A stretch of 64,000 nucleotides of DNA from an uncultured Candidatus Binatia bacterium. GTDB lineage: Bacteria; Desulfobacterota; Binatia; UBA9968; JAJDTQ01. The stretch spans positions 704,001 to 768,000 of the forward strand of contig OZ243916.1 of assembly GCA_965213675.1 (NCBI GenBank), given 5' to 3'. The position numbers and the translations under genes are program-made. Below are positions 45,657 through 54,790 of the stretch, in pieces. The notes beneath the pieces were generated by a model. It did no database searches, was not told the DNA's origin, and worked only from the letters and a program-made list of their open reading frames with translations. Within the stretch, counting starts at the first letter, position 1. Every line of letters starts with the position of its first letter.

Positions 45657-46481
45657 ATGAACGACACGATTCATCATCGGACGCTTCGAGTCGGCGGCAT
45701 CGAGACCCATTACCTGGAAGCCGGGGAGGGGCCCGAGCTGGTGCTGCTCCACGGCGGCGAGTACGGCGCGTCGGCCGAGGCCACCTGGGGCACGGCCATG
45801 GCGAAACTGGCGCGAAACTTCCACGTGCTTGCCCCGGACATGCTGGGCTACGGCGGCACCGCCAAGATATACAGCTTTTCCGATCCCTCGGGGTTCCGCA
45901 TGGCGCACCTCGCCCAGTGGCTGGATGTGGTGGGCGCCGGCGAGGCCTTCTTCGCGGGCAACTCCGCCGGCGGCGGCACGCTGCTGCGAAGCGTGGTGCG
46001 GCAGCCGGCACCGCTGAAGATCAAGAAGATGGTGACCATCTGCGGCAACGCCGGGGTGTTCAAGAGCGACTTCCAGGCCGACCTGGAGGACTACACGCCG
46101 AGCCTGGAAAACATGCGCAAGCTCCTCAAGCTGCTGTTTCACGACGAAAAGTGGCTCACGCCCGAGTGCGTCGAGTCCCGCTACAACGACTCCATCGCGC
46201 CGGGGGCCTGGGAGGCCCTGTCCGCGGCCCGTTTGAAGCGTCCGGGCTACCAGCGCGGCTCCACCATCGACGCCTTCGTCAAGCAACTTTCCACGGTGAC
46301 CGTGCCGCTGCTCATCATGGCCTGCGACCACGACCCTCTCAACCAGCCCGACTGGGACGAACGGCTGCAGCGCATCGTGCCCGGCTCCACCGCGTTCCGG
46401 TTCCACCACTCCGCGCATGAGCCGCAGATCGAGGAACAGGACACGTTCGTCAAGATCGTGACGGATTTTCTGCTGGCTTGA
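45657..46481 (+). CDS. Alpha/beta hydrolase (meta-cleavage C-C hydrolase-like)
   Basis: VLLHGG, APDMLGYG, GNSAGG nucleophile elbow, HD, SAHEPQIE. Confidence 0.85.
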   Translation: MNDTIHHRTLRVGGIETHYLEAGEGPELVLLHGGEYGASAEATWGTAMAKLARNFHVLAPDMLGYGGTAKIYSFSDPSGFRMAHLAQWLDVVGAGEAFFAGNSAGGGTLLRSVVRQPAPLKIKKMVTICGNAGVFKSDFQADLEDYTPSLENMRKLLKLLFHDEKWLTPECVESRYNDSIAPGAWEALSAARLKRPGYQRGSTIDAFVKQLSTVTVPLLIMACDHDPLNQPDWDERLQRIVPGSTAFRFHHSAHEPQIEEQDTFVKIVTDFLLA

Positions 46482-46487
46482 CACGGC

Positions 46488-46528
46488 CTCGGAGCTTGCG
46501 CCGCAAGAACTCGCGAAAGCGAAAATTC
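46488..46528 (+). repeat. Left-arm fragment of a family-B element
   Basis: GGAGCTTGCGCCGCAAGAACTCGCGAAAGCGAAAATTC matches 27223-27260. Confidence 0.65.
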
Positions 46529-46692
46529 TTCCAAATCCTCCGCCTCCTCCATCGTTCGGGAGGAAACGCCGGATCGACCGCGATACGGTGGAACAGCAGG
46601 CGGACAGCATCGGACGCTGTCAACCCCATGGCGGCCAGCGACTGGGAGTGCGGATTGACAACGCGCGGCTCCGTCTGTTAACCCCGTGCAGC

Positions 46693-47169
46693 ATGGATTC
46701 CCGCGAAATCCGGCACGTGATGGGACACTTCGCCACCGGAGTCACCATCGTGACCACCAAGGACAAGGCCGGAGTTCCCACGGGGATTACCGCGAACGCT
46801 TTTTCCTCCCTCTCGCTGAACCCGCCACTGGTGCTGGTGTGCATCGACAAGAAGGCCAACTGTTACGAGTGTTTCGAAGACTCGAAGGTGTTCGCCGTCA
46901 ACCTGCTGGGCGAGCACCAGGAACAACTGGCCAACCGCTTCGCCACCAAGGGCATCGAGAAGTTCCAGGACACCGCCTGGCACATGAGCGCCAACGGTAT
47001 CCCGCTCCTCGACCACACCATCGGTTTCATTGAGTGCCGCGTCACCCAGGGCTACGACGGCGGCGATCACACCATCTACCTGGGCCATGTTCTCCACGCC
47101 GAAGCCGCGGGCGACCGCCCGCTACTCTTCTACAAGGGCAAGTACCAGAGACTTCCCGAAGAGGGGTGA
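46693..47169 (+). CDS. Flavin reductase family protein (HpaC/RutF-like)
   Basis: RHVMGHFATGVTIVT, ANAFSSLSLNPPLVLVC, GGDHTI, PLLF. Confidence 0.92.
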   Translation: MDSREIRHVMGHFATGVTIVTTKDKAGVPTGITANAFSSLSLNPPLVLVCIDKKANCYECFEDSKVFAVNLLGEHQEQLANRFATKGIEKFQDTAWHMSANGIPLLDHTIGFIECRVTQGYDGGDHTIYLGHVLHAEAAGDRPLLFYKGKYQRLPEEG

Positions 47170-47238
47170 ATGCCGCGGCGCGCCTGAAGGGACGCCTGAG
47201 CCGGCGCTTCGGGGGATCACGGCTTGCAGCCGTGTCCG

Positions 47239-48873
47239 TCAGCGCAGCTTCACCACGACATCGCGGGCGCCGGGGGAGACGGGGTTTCCTTCGTAGGCGC
47301 CGGCGGGTTCGCCGGGTTCCCGGGTGAGGGGGTCGCCGTCGCGGTCCAGGCGCGCGGTCACATTCACGGGGCCTTCGAAAGCCTTTCCCTGAAGCATCAC
47401 GTCCCGGGGACCCAGCGAGAACGACACGGGAAACGACGGCGCGGCGATGCGCTTGACCGCCAGGGGCGGGCCGCCCTGGGCGCCCGCCGGGCGGGCGATG
47501 ACGTACAGGACGGCGTTGGTTCCGGCGCCGGCGGACTGTCCGGCGGCCAGTTCCACAGCGCCTTCGATGCGCGCGCCCGCGGGCGCGCCTGCCGCGTCCG
47601 GCGCGGGCTCGCCCATCTGCGCGATGATGTCGCGGACGCCCTGGCGTTGTTCTCCATCCGGCAGAAGGCCTTCCAACCGCGTCAGAAGCTGGCGCGCGCC
47701 CGCAAGATCGCGCCCTTCCTGAAACAGCACCATGCCCTTGGCCCAAAGCGCCAGGGGGAAGTCCGGGGCGCGCGCCAGCGCCCGGTCCAGCGCCTCCAGC
47801 GCGGCGTCGGCATGGCCGGCCTGGGCCAGAATCATGCCCATGTAGGCGTTGGCTGTGGGGTGGCCGGGGTCCTGGCGCAACACGGCGCGGAAGGCCGGGA
47901 TGGCGGCCTTGAAGTCCTTGCGCTGGAACGCTTCCTGCCCCTGGCGCAGCGCCGCCGCCGGATCACTGGCGCCGGCCGGCGCGATGCCCCCCGGACCGGT
48001 GCCCGTGAGGAAGTCTCCGGTGATGCTGTCCTCCGGCGACGTGCGCTGGCGCAGCGACTGGCCCAGCAGGAGCCCCAGGGTCACGCCGCCCGCCAGCAGC
48101 AGGACGGCCCCGCCGGCCATCGTCCACGACCGCTTGTTCCACCGGGAGGGAGTGGCCCCGGTCATGTCCGGCTCCGGCGCGTCCGGCGGCGAAGGCGGCG
48201 CGGCGTCCTTCCGTTGCTCACGCAACCCTTCCACGGCCTGTCGTTCATAATGCAACCTCAGCGACGCGTAATCGTCGTCAGACAGCTTGCCCGCCTGATG
48301 GTCGAACTCCAGTTCCCGAAGGTCCCGGTAGACGGGCAGGCTCGCGGGCTCCAACGCGCTGGGCGCGTCCGCGCCGGCAGCCACGGCCGCCCGCACCTCT
48401 GCCAGAAGCTCCGGATCCGGGGTTCCCTGGGGCGCGCCGGCGCGCCGGCGGCTCCAGCGCCGCAGATACCAGCCGGCGCAGGCAAGACCGGCAATAAGCA
48501 CCACAAAGGGGAGTATCCAGACGGTGAGATTGAAGCCGTGGGCGGGAGGGGCGAGCAACACCCATTCGCCGTACTTGGAGACGAAATAGGCGCGCACCTC
48601 GTCCGGCGTCTTGCCGGCCTGAAGCTGCTCGCGCACGATGCCGCGCATCTGCACCGCCATCTCCGCCGGAGAGTCGGCCACGGAAAGGTTCTGGCACACC
48701 ACGCAGCGCAGTTCCGAAGCGATGACGCGCACCCGCTCCTCCAGCGCCTGATCGGCGTGGGTGTGCAGCACGAGCCCCAACAGCAGCGCGCCGGTGAACG
48801 CGGCCGCGCGTGGGGCGCGCCGGCGCGCAGGTTTTCGCACCGCCCTCCCGTTGTCTCCTGTAACCCGACTCAT
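47239..48873 (-). CDS. ccmH: Cytochrome c maturation CcmH-CcmI fusion (TPR, C-terminal domain)
   Basis: ELRCVVCQN, YGEWVLLAP, ELEFD..GKLS, TPR region, PPLAVKR; ATGA overlap with the ccmG stop. Confidence 0.85.
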   Translation of the reverse strand: MSRVTGDNGRAVRKPARRRAPRAAAFTGALLLGLVLHTHADQALEERVRVIASELRCVVCQNLSVADSPAEMAVQMRGIVREQLQAGKTPDEVRAYFVSKYGEWVLLAPPAHGFNLTVWILPFVVLIAGLACAGWYLRRWSRRRAGAPQGTPDPELLAEVRAAVAAGADAPSALEPASLPVYRDLRELEFDHQAGKLSDDDYASLRLHYERQAVEGLREQRKDAAPPSPPDAPEPDMTGATPSRWNKRSWTMAGGAVLLLAGGVTLGLLLGQSLRQRTSPEDSITGDFLTGTGPGGIAPAGASDPAAALRQGQEAFQRKDFKAAIPAFRAVLRQDPGHPTANAYMGMILAQAGHADAALEALDRALARAPDFPLALWAKGMVLFQEGRDLAGARQLLTRLEGLLPDGEQRQGVRDIIAQMGEPAPDAAGAPAGARIEGAVELAAGQSAGAGTNAVLYVIARPAGAQGGPPLAVKRIAAPSFPVSFSLGPRDVMLQGKAFEGPVNVTARLDRDGDPLTREPGEPAGAYEGNPVSPGARDVVVKLR

Positions 48874-49439
48874 CGTATGGTCTGATGCTCGCCGCGGCCG
48901 CTCTCGGCGCTGGCGCGGTCCTGGCGCGCTTCGGCGAGCTTGGCCGCCAGCACCGCCGGCGGAATGGCGCCCACATGCTTGTAGGTGATCCGTCCCGCGG
49001 GGCTCACGAAAAAGGCTTCGGGAATGCCCCAGACGCCGTAGTCCACCGCAATCTTGCCGTCCCGGTCCTGGCCGTTGGCGAAGGTGATGCCGAACTCTTC
49101 GATGAACTTGCGCGCGTCCGCCTCCTGGTCCTGGATGTTGATGCCGAGGAACACCACGTCCTCTCCCTGCCGCTTCCAGGCCGCCTCCAGATCCCGCGCC
49201 TCGGCCCGGCAGGGCAGGCACCAGGACGCCCAGAAGTCCAGCATCACGGTCTTGCCGCGCAGCTCGGACAGGCGCACTTCGTTGCCGTCGAACAGGGTCA
49301 GGGAGAAGTCCGGAGCCATGCCCCCCACCAACGGCGACGGGATGTAGCGCGGGTCGCGGTAGAAGCCGTAACCCAGCAGGATCACCAGGGCGCCCACGGC
49401 CATGAGCGTGAGCAGCACGCGCCGCGCCGCCGGGTTCAC
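48870..49439 (-). CDS. ccmG: TlpA/CcmG thiol-disulfide oxidoreductase
   Basis: N-terminal TM, APDFSL, FWASWCLPC, YGVWGIPE; GTGA overlap with the ccmF stop. Confidence 0.88.
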   Translation of the reverse strand: MNPAARRVLLTLMAVGALVILLGYGFYRDPRYIPSPLVGGMAPDFSLTLFDGNEVRLSELRGKTVMLDFWASWCLPCRAEARDLEAAWKRQGEDVVFLGINIQDQEADARKFIEEFGITFANGQDRDGKIAVDYGVWGIPEAFFVSPAGRITYKHVGAIPPAVLAAKLAEARQDRASAESGRGEHQTIR

Positions 49440-51397
49440 GCCCGCTCCCGCCGGGCCGGACCCAAGGGCAGGATGGCCATGAGCGTGCCCAGCGCCATGA
49501 CAACGCCGCCGAGCCAGATCCACAGCACCAGCGGACGGATCAGCACCTTGAGGGTGGCCCGGTTCTGCCCTACCTCGCTGAACCCGGAGAGGATCAGGTA
49601 AACGTCCTCCTTGAGGGTGCTGCGGAACACGGCCCGGCCGATGGGCGAGTCCTGGATCGGATAGAACTTGAGCGCGGGCGACAGGCGTCCCAGGGCGTCG
49701 CCGTTGCGCGACACCTCGAACGTTCCTTCCACCCGATAATGGGTGGGCTCCTGCGATCCTTGCAGTCCCTTGAAGGAGACGTGGTAGGGTCCCGCCGTGA
49801 GGCTCTCGCCCACGCTCAAGGTCGCTTCCCGTTCGACGCTGTAGGCCATGGAACCGGCAATGCCCAGCACCACCAGCACGACTCCCAGGTGCACCACGAA
49901 ACCGCCGTAACGCCGCTGGTTGCGCCGCACCAGCGTGGCGAGGCCGCGCAGCGGCCCCTCGCCGGCCTGCCGCCGGCGCGCGCGCAGGGAGAGCCAGGTG
50001 TCGCACACCATGGTCCAGACGGTGAAGGCGCACAGCGTGAAGCCCAGAAGCGCCAGGAACGAGCGGATGCCGCCGGCGAACAGACCCGCGGCCACGGCCA
50101 GGGATGCGGCCACCGGCCAGGTGAAGTTGCGCTTGAGGTTGTCCCACGACGCCCGGCGCCACGCGATGAGCGGTCCCACGCCCATGAGAAAAACCAGCAG
50201 CAGGAACAGCGGCGCGGTGACGGCGTTGAAGTAAGGCGCGCCCACGCTCACCTGAACGCCGGCCACCGCCTCGGACAGGAGCGGGAAAACCGTGCCCAGG
50301 AAGATGGTGAACAGCGCGGACACGAACACCACGTTGTTGAGAACGAAGGCCGATTCGCGGCTCACCGCCGAGTCCAGTTCGGGCTGCCCGCGCAGTTGTT
50401 CGCTGCGCCAGGCCAGCAGCCCCAGCGACGCCACCAGAACGAAGGCGAGAAACGCCAGGAAATAATACCCCACCGGACCGGACGAGAACGCATGGATGGA
50501 GGAGAGGATGCCCGAGCGCGTCAGGAAGGTGCCGAAGATGGTCAGACTGAACGCCATGATGATGAGCAGCAGGTTCCAGGTCTTGAGCATGCCGCGCCGT
50601 TCCTGCACCTGCACCGAGTGCAGGAACGCCGTCGCCGGCAGCCAGGGCATGAAGGCGGCGTTCTCCACCGGGTCCCAGGCCCAGTAACCGCCCCAGCCGA
50701 GCACGTGGTACGACCACCACGCGCCCACCAGGTTGCCCAGTGTCAGGAAGAACCATGCGGTGATGGTCCAGCGCCGGGTGGCCACGATCCAGGAATGATC
50801 GAGCCGGCCGCGGATGAGCGCCGCCATGGCGAACGCGAACGGCACCGTGAGCCCGACGAATCCCGTGTACAGGAGCGGCGGATGGCTCAGCATGTTGGCG
50901 TCTTCCAGCAGCGGGTTGAGACCGCGGCCGTCGGCGGGCACGGGCGAGAGGGGATCGAAGGGATTGGAGGCAAAGGCGATGACCGCCAGAAAAAACGCCG
51001 AGACGATGGAGAAGACCATCAGCACCCAGGGCATGAACTCGCGCATGCGCGCGCGGTAGCACCACGCCACCAGCGCCGAGAAGATGATCAGGATCCACTC
51101 CCAAAGGAGCAGCGAGCCTTCCAGGGCGCCCCAGAGCCCGGTGACGCGGTAGTACACCGGCGTGGCCCGGGTGGTGTTGAAGGCGACGTAGCGGATGGAA
51201 AAATCGGTGGCCACCAGGGCGAAGATCAGAGCACCGGCGGCGGCGGTGACGAAAAGGAACTGTCCGGCGATGGCGTAACGGGCGGAGGCGTGAAAGCGTT
51301 CGTTGCCGGTGCGCGCATGCAGCACCGGAGCGGCAATACCCCAGAGCGCCAGCGCAAACGCCAGCAGGACGCAGATATGTCCCAGCGTTCCGGTCAC
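49436..51397 (-). CDS. ccmF: Cytochrome c heme lyase CcmF
   Basis: GRGLNPLL, HPPLLY, LGWGGYWAWDPVEN, FLTRSG..SIHAF. Confidence 0.96.
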   Translation of the reverse strand: MTGTLGHICVLLAFALALWGIAAPVLHARTGNERFHASARYAIAGQFLFVTAAAGALIFALVATDFSIRYVAFNTTRATPVYYRVTGLWGALEGSLLLWEWILIIFSALVAWCYRARMREFMPWVLMVFSIVSAFFLAVIAFASNPFDPLSPVPADGRGLNPLLEDANMLSHPPLLYTGFVGLTVPFAFAMAALIRGRLDHSWIVATRRWTITAWFFLTLGNLVGAWWSYHVLGWGGYWAWDPVENAAFMPWLPATAFLHSVQVQERRGMLKTWNLLLIIMAFSLTIFGTFLTRSGILSSIHAFSSGPVGYYFLAFLAFVLVASLGLLAWRSEQLRGQPELDSAVSRESAFVLNNVVFVSALFTIFLGTVFPLLSEAVAGVQVSVGAPYFNAVTAPLFLLLVFLMGVGPLIAWRRASWDNLKRNFTWPVAASLAVAAGLFAGGIRSFLALLGFTLCAFTVWTMVCDTWLSLRARRRQAGEGPLRGLATLVRRNQRRYGGFVVHLGVVLVVLGIAGSMAYSVEREATLSVGESLTAGPYHVSFKGLQGSQEPTHYRVEGTFEVSRNGDALGRLSPALKFYPIQDSPIGRAVFRSTLKEDVYLILSGFSEVGQNRATLKVLIRPLVLWIWLGGVVMALGTLMAILPLGPARRERA

Positions 51398-51837
51398 GAA
51401 CCGCCCGTGGCCCGTGCGGGCACGAAGCTGCGCGCCTTGGAGGGATCTTCGCCTTCCTTGTGCGGGCTGTACTCCTCGGCGTGCTTGGCCATGACGGTGG
51501 AGGCCTGGAAGACGCCGTCCTTGCCCAGGCGTCCTTCCACCACGGCGCCCTTGCCCTCCGAAAAGAGATCCGGCGGCACGCCCTGGAAGTAGACGGCGAT
51601 GGACTCCTGGCCATCGGTGATCCTGAAGCGGAACCGGCGCTGCCGCAGGTCCTTCTCCAGCGATCCGGGCAACACCATGCCGCCCACCCGCAGGAAGCGG
51701 TCGGCCGCCCCGGTGCCGGCGTGGAGTTCGCTGGGCGTGACGAAGTACACCACCGCGTTCTGCATGGCGCCGTATATGAGATAGGCCAGAGCGCCGGCGA
51801 TGACGAGGCCTCCGATGAGAAAACGCCTACGCTTCAT
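51394..51837 (-). CDS. ccmE: Heme chaperone CcmE
   Basis: VYFVTPSE, RVGGMV, PDLFSEGKG, AKHAEEY (HxxxY). Confidence 0.94.
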   Translation of the reverse strand: MKRRRFLIGGLVIAGALAYLIYGAMQNAVVYFVTPSELHAGTGAADRFLRVGGMVLPGSLEKDLRQRRFRFRITDGQESIAVYFQGVPPDLFSEGKGAVVEGRLGKDGVFQASTVMAKHAEEYSPHKEGEDPSKARSFVPARATGGS

Positions 51838-51976
51838 GGCCGTGGGCCTCCCCTCCGGCATGCCGGGTGTCCAGGGCCGCGGCCTTGCGGATGCGCCGCT
51901 TCAACAGCCACACGTAGAGCAGGATGGCGCTCCACACGATGCCGTACGCCAGAAAAACGAATCCCCATTGTCCCAT
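51827..51976 (-). CDS. ccmD: Heme exporter protein D (49 aa)
   Basis: MGQWGFVFLAYGIVW...LKRR: single TM with AY motif and basic tail, between ccmC and ccmE. Confidence 0.8.
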   Translation of the reverse strand: MGQWGFVFLAYGIVWSAILLYVWLLKRRIRKAAALDTRHAGGEAHGHEA

Positions 51977-52002
51977 GGTCACGAACCCCCGCGCCGCGCC
52001 GC

Positions 52003-52683
52003 TCAACCGGCCCCGTAGAGCCGGCTCCGGCGCGCCCGGTCTTCCATTTCGCCCAGATGGATGCGCAGCGACAGCAGATAGAAGAACAGCACCAGAAACG
52101 CCAGAAAATTGATGCCCAAGGGCCACAGCATGGCCGGGTCGATGTTGTCCCAGGGCGCCTTGTCCGGCCGCATGATGGACGGCGGCTGATGCAGGGTGCG
52201 CCACCAATACACCGACATGTGAATGAGCGGGATGTCGAGGAAACCGATGATTCCCAGGATGGCGCCGGACACCGCGGCGCGGCGCGGCTCCTCGATGAGC
52301 GAGCGCAGCAGCAGGTAGGCGGAAAAGATCAGCAGCAGGATGGCGGTGAGGGTAAGGCGCGCGTCCCAGGTCCACCACACGCCCCAGGTGGGCTTGCCCC
52401 AGATGGAGCCCTCCACGATGGTCAGGGCGGTGAACAGGACGCCGATCTCCGCGGCCGAGTGGGCCAGGTTGTCGTCCCGGCGCTCGCCCTTCCACAGGTA
52501 CAGGCAACTTCCCACGAACACGATGAAGAAGGCCAGGTACGCCACCAGAATGCTGGGAATGTGCAGGTACATGATGCGCTGGGTCTCGCCCTGGCGCGCA
52601 TCCGGCGGCGCCTCCACCAACCCCCAGTACAGGCCCGTGAGGATGAGCAGAAACGCCAGCGTGCCTAGTATTCGTCGAGCCAT
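52003..52683 (-). CDS. ccmC: Heme exporter protein C
   Basis: RIMYLHIP, WGKPTWGVWWTWDARLT (WWD), WWRTLHQ. Confidence 0.95.
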   Translation of the reverse strand: MARRILGTLAFLLILTGLYWGLVEAPPDARQGETQRIMYLHIPSILVAYLAFFIVFVGSCLYLWKGERRDDNLAHSAAEIGVLFTALTIVEGSIWGKPTWGVWWTWDARLTLTAILLLIFSAYLLLRSLIEEPRRAAVSGAILGIIGFLDIPLIHMSVYWWRTLHQPPSIMRPDKAPWDNIDPAMLWPLGINFLAFLVLFFYLLSLRIHLGEMEDRARRSRLYGAG

Positions 52684-52779
52684 GGATCATCAGCGCACAG
52701 GATGAAAGTGACAAGGCAATGCATCCGGGTTCATGATAGCACCCGCTCCCGGCACTTCCCAATCCATCCGCCACCGGCC

Positions 52780-53460
52780 TCAACCGTCCAGCACCCATTC
52801 CAGCAGCAGAAAACCGGCGGTGATGAAGATCAGGTCGAAGCCCACCAGGAGGCGGAACCAGGGCGTCAGTTCTGCGGCCGCGCCGGCGCCCAGAATGATC
52901 TGCAGCGTGCGCACGGTGGCGAGAATCACCGGAATCATCAGCGGGAAGAGCAGCACCGGCAGCAGCAGCGCCCGCGCCCGCGCCCGCAAGGTCACGGCGG
53001 CGAACAAGACCCCGACGACGGAAAATCCCAGGGTCCCCAGCAGGGTGTAGAGCAGCACGCCGGGCAGGAGATGCCAGAAGTCCAAGCGGAACAGAATGCC
53101 GAAAAGCGGCAGGATGCACAGTTCCAGCAGGACCATGAGGGAAAAGTTGAAGAAAACCTTGGCCAGGTAGTAGGCGCCCCGATCCAGCGGGGCGAGCAGC
53201 AGCGCGTCGAGGCAGTCGTTCTCGCGGTCCCCCTGAAAGAGCTGATTCAACGCCAGTGTGCCGCTGAACATGAACGCAAGCCACAAAAGGCCGGGGGCCA
53301 TGCGCGACACGTTCTCGCTGGAGATCTCGAAGGCGAAGGAAAAGAGGAAGAGCAGAGAAAGGCCGAAGAAGAACATCGACAGCAGGTTGTCGCGGCGGCG
53401 CGACTCCAGCAGAAGGTCCTTCCAGAGGAGCCAGTAGATCTGTCCGAGGGCGCCGGTCAC
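52780..53460 (-). CDS. ccmB: Heme exporter protein B
   Basis: KDLLLESR, PGLLW, LLPVLLFPL. Confidence 0.92.
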   Translation of the reverse strand: MTGALGQIYWLLWKDLLLESRRRDNLLSMFFFGLSLLFLFSFAFEISSENVSRMAPGLLWLAFMFSGTLALNQLFQGDRENDCLDALLLAPLDRGAYYLAKVFFNFSLMVLLELCILPLFGILFRLDFWHLLPGVLLYTLLGTLGFSVVGVLFAAVTLRARARALLLPVLLFPLMIPVILATVRTLQIILGAGAAAELTPWFRLLVGFDLIFITAGFLLLEWVLDG

Positions 53461-54251
53461 CGGGAACCGCCGTGGTCCTGCGACGCCAGCGCGTCGAAAG
53501 CGCGATGGAAACTGTCCCAGGGTTCGCGCCGCAGCTCGTCGAAGACGACCCTTCCCCGGTCCAGCATGACTGCGCGGGTGCAGCGTTCGAGAAGGCGCGG
53601 CACGTCATGGGTGGCCAGGATGACGATGCCTCCGGCCGCGCAGGTGGATTCCAGGAAACGGTTCAGCAGCGCCACCCCCGAGGGGTCCAGCGAGCCGTAC
53701 GGCTCGTCCACCAGTAGCAGCCGGGGCCGCACCAGGCGCCACTTGGCGATGGCAAGGCGGCAGCGCATGCCCAGAGACAAGGCCGAGACCCATTCGTCCC
53801 GCTTCGCGCGCAGGCCGACCTCGTCGAGCGCCGCGTCGCGCTCGTCCGCGCCCACGTCGTTGCGGTAAAGCGAAACAAAAAAGCGCAGGTTCTCGTGGAC
53901 GGTCAGACTGTCGTACAGATGCGCGCCGGCGGCGAGAAACCCGATGGAGCGGCGCAGCGGCGTGTTTCCACAAGACAGGGGCTGACCGAACAGTTCCACG
54001 GAGCCGGCGCTGGGGTAGGCGAGGGCCGCCAGCAGTTTCAGAAGCGTGCTCTTGCCGGCCCCGTTGGGTCCGAGCAACCCGACCCATTCGCCGGCCTCCA
54101 CCTCCAGACACACGTTCCGGAGCGCCCAGAGAAACCCGTACTCCTTCGACACGCTGTCCATCCGAACGCTCAGAGCCACCTCCACGACCGATTCGACGAC
54201 GGGCCGGATCGATGCGCCGCGCCAGCCGGCAACGCGGCGTTCACGCTTCAT
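53457..54251 (-). CDS. ccmA: Heme ABC exporter ATP-binding protein CcmA
   Basis: GPNGAGKST, LSLGM, LVDEP, ATH; first gene of the ccm cluster; true start may be 54179 or 54161. Confidence 0.88.
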   Translation of the reverse strand: MKRERRVAGWRGASIRPVVESVVEVALSVRMDSVSKEYGFLWALRNVCLEVEAGEWVGLLGPNGAGKSTLLKLLAALAYPSAGSVELFGQPLSCGNTPLRRSIGFLAAGAHLYDSLTVHENLRFFVSLYRNDVGADERDAALDEVGLRAKRDEWVSALSLGMRCRLAIAKWRLVRPRLLLVDEPYGSLDPSGVALLNRFLESTCAAGGIVILATHDVPRLLERCTRAVMLDRGRVVFDELRREPWDSFHRAFDALASQDHGGSR

Positions 54252-54297
54252 CTTCCTTGAATATAGCCGGTCGCCGGCGAAATCGCATATCTTTGGC

Positions 54298-54350
54298 CCA
54301 GGAGATTGCGCCGCAGGAATTCACGGCTGCAAATCCGCCCTCATCCGCCC
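54298..54350 (-). repeat. Right-arm fragment of a family-B element
   Basis: GGAGATTGCGCCGCAGGAATTCACGGCTGCAAATCCGCCCTCATCCG is the near reverse complement of 27337-27383. Confidence 0.7.
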
Positions 54351-54442
54351 GGTCCTTCGGGGCGCCTGCCGCTGCCTGCATCCACCCCACCGCTCCCTGG
54401 GCCGCCTCCTTGACGCGCCCGGATAGATTCGCTAATGACTAG

Positions 54443-54619
54443 CTAGTGTCGTGTCCCGTAAATTCCTGCGACAAGGTGCGCAGGAATTTCTGTTGTCGGC
54501 AAGGCGCGATGAAGAGCAGTGGCGGTTGCCACGCGAGGAAGAGCCACGCAGCCGGCGGCGAAAAGACCAGCAAACAAGACCACCAGATTATCGCAGACAT
54601 TTACGGGACACGGCACGAG
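54443..54619 (+). mobile_element. Family-A core element with different terminal repeats (copy 3, 177 bp)
   Basis: CTAGTGTCGTGTCCCGTAAAT / ATTTACGGGACACGGCACGAG (19/21 IR); core GTTGTCGGCAAGGCGCGATGA...GAGGAAGAGC.ACGCAGCC shared with copies 1 and 2. Confidence 0.75.
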
Positions 54620-54790
54620 TCAACGCGCTGGGACTCGTTCCCGCGCTCAGCCCCTCCATCACCTGACCCGGACGGGTGGAACGGTGGAGTCCAAGGCCAC
54701 CGCCCGGTTTCAGGAATCCGAGACCGGAATCCACGTTCAAGGAAGCCAACGTCAGGGACAACGTCAGGAATAATCGACCAGAGGAGAGCC

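Noticed and set aside
47218-47234. CACGGCTTGCAGCCGTG hairpin resembling an IS200/IS605 end
   Set aside because: Only 17 bp, between convergent genes, with no tnpA/tnpB; more simply a terminator-like hairpin.
54446-54790. N-terminal extensions in the ORF track (icd from 54446, COG1233 from 16945, isochorismatase from 2689, sucD from 57193, ndk from 58191)
   Set aside because: They run through repeat elements or upstream genes; conserved N-termini and RBS positions indicate the shorter starts.
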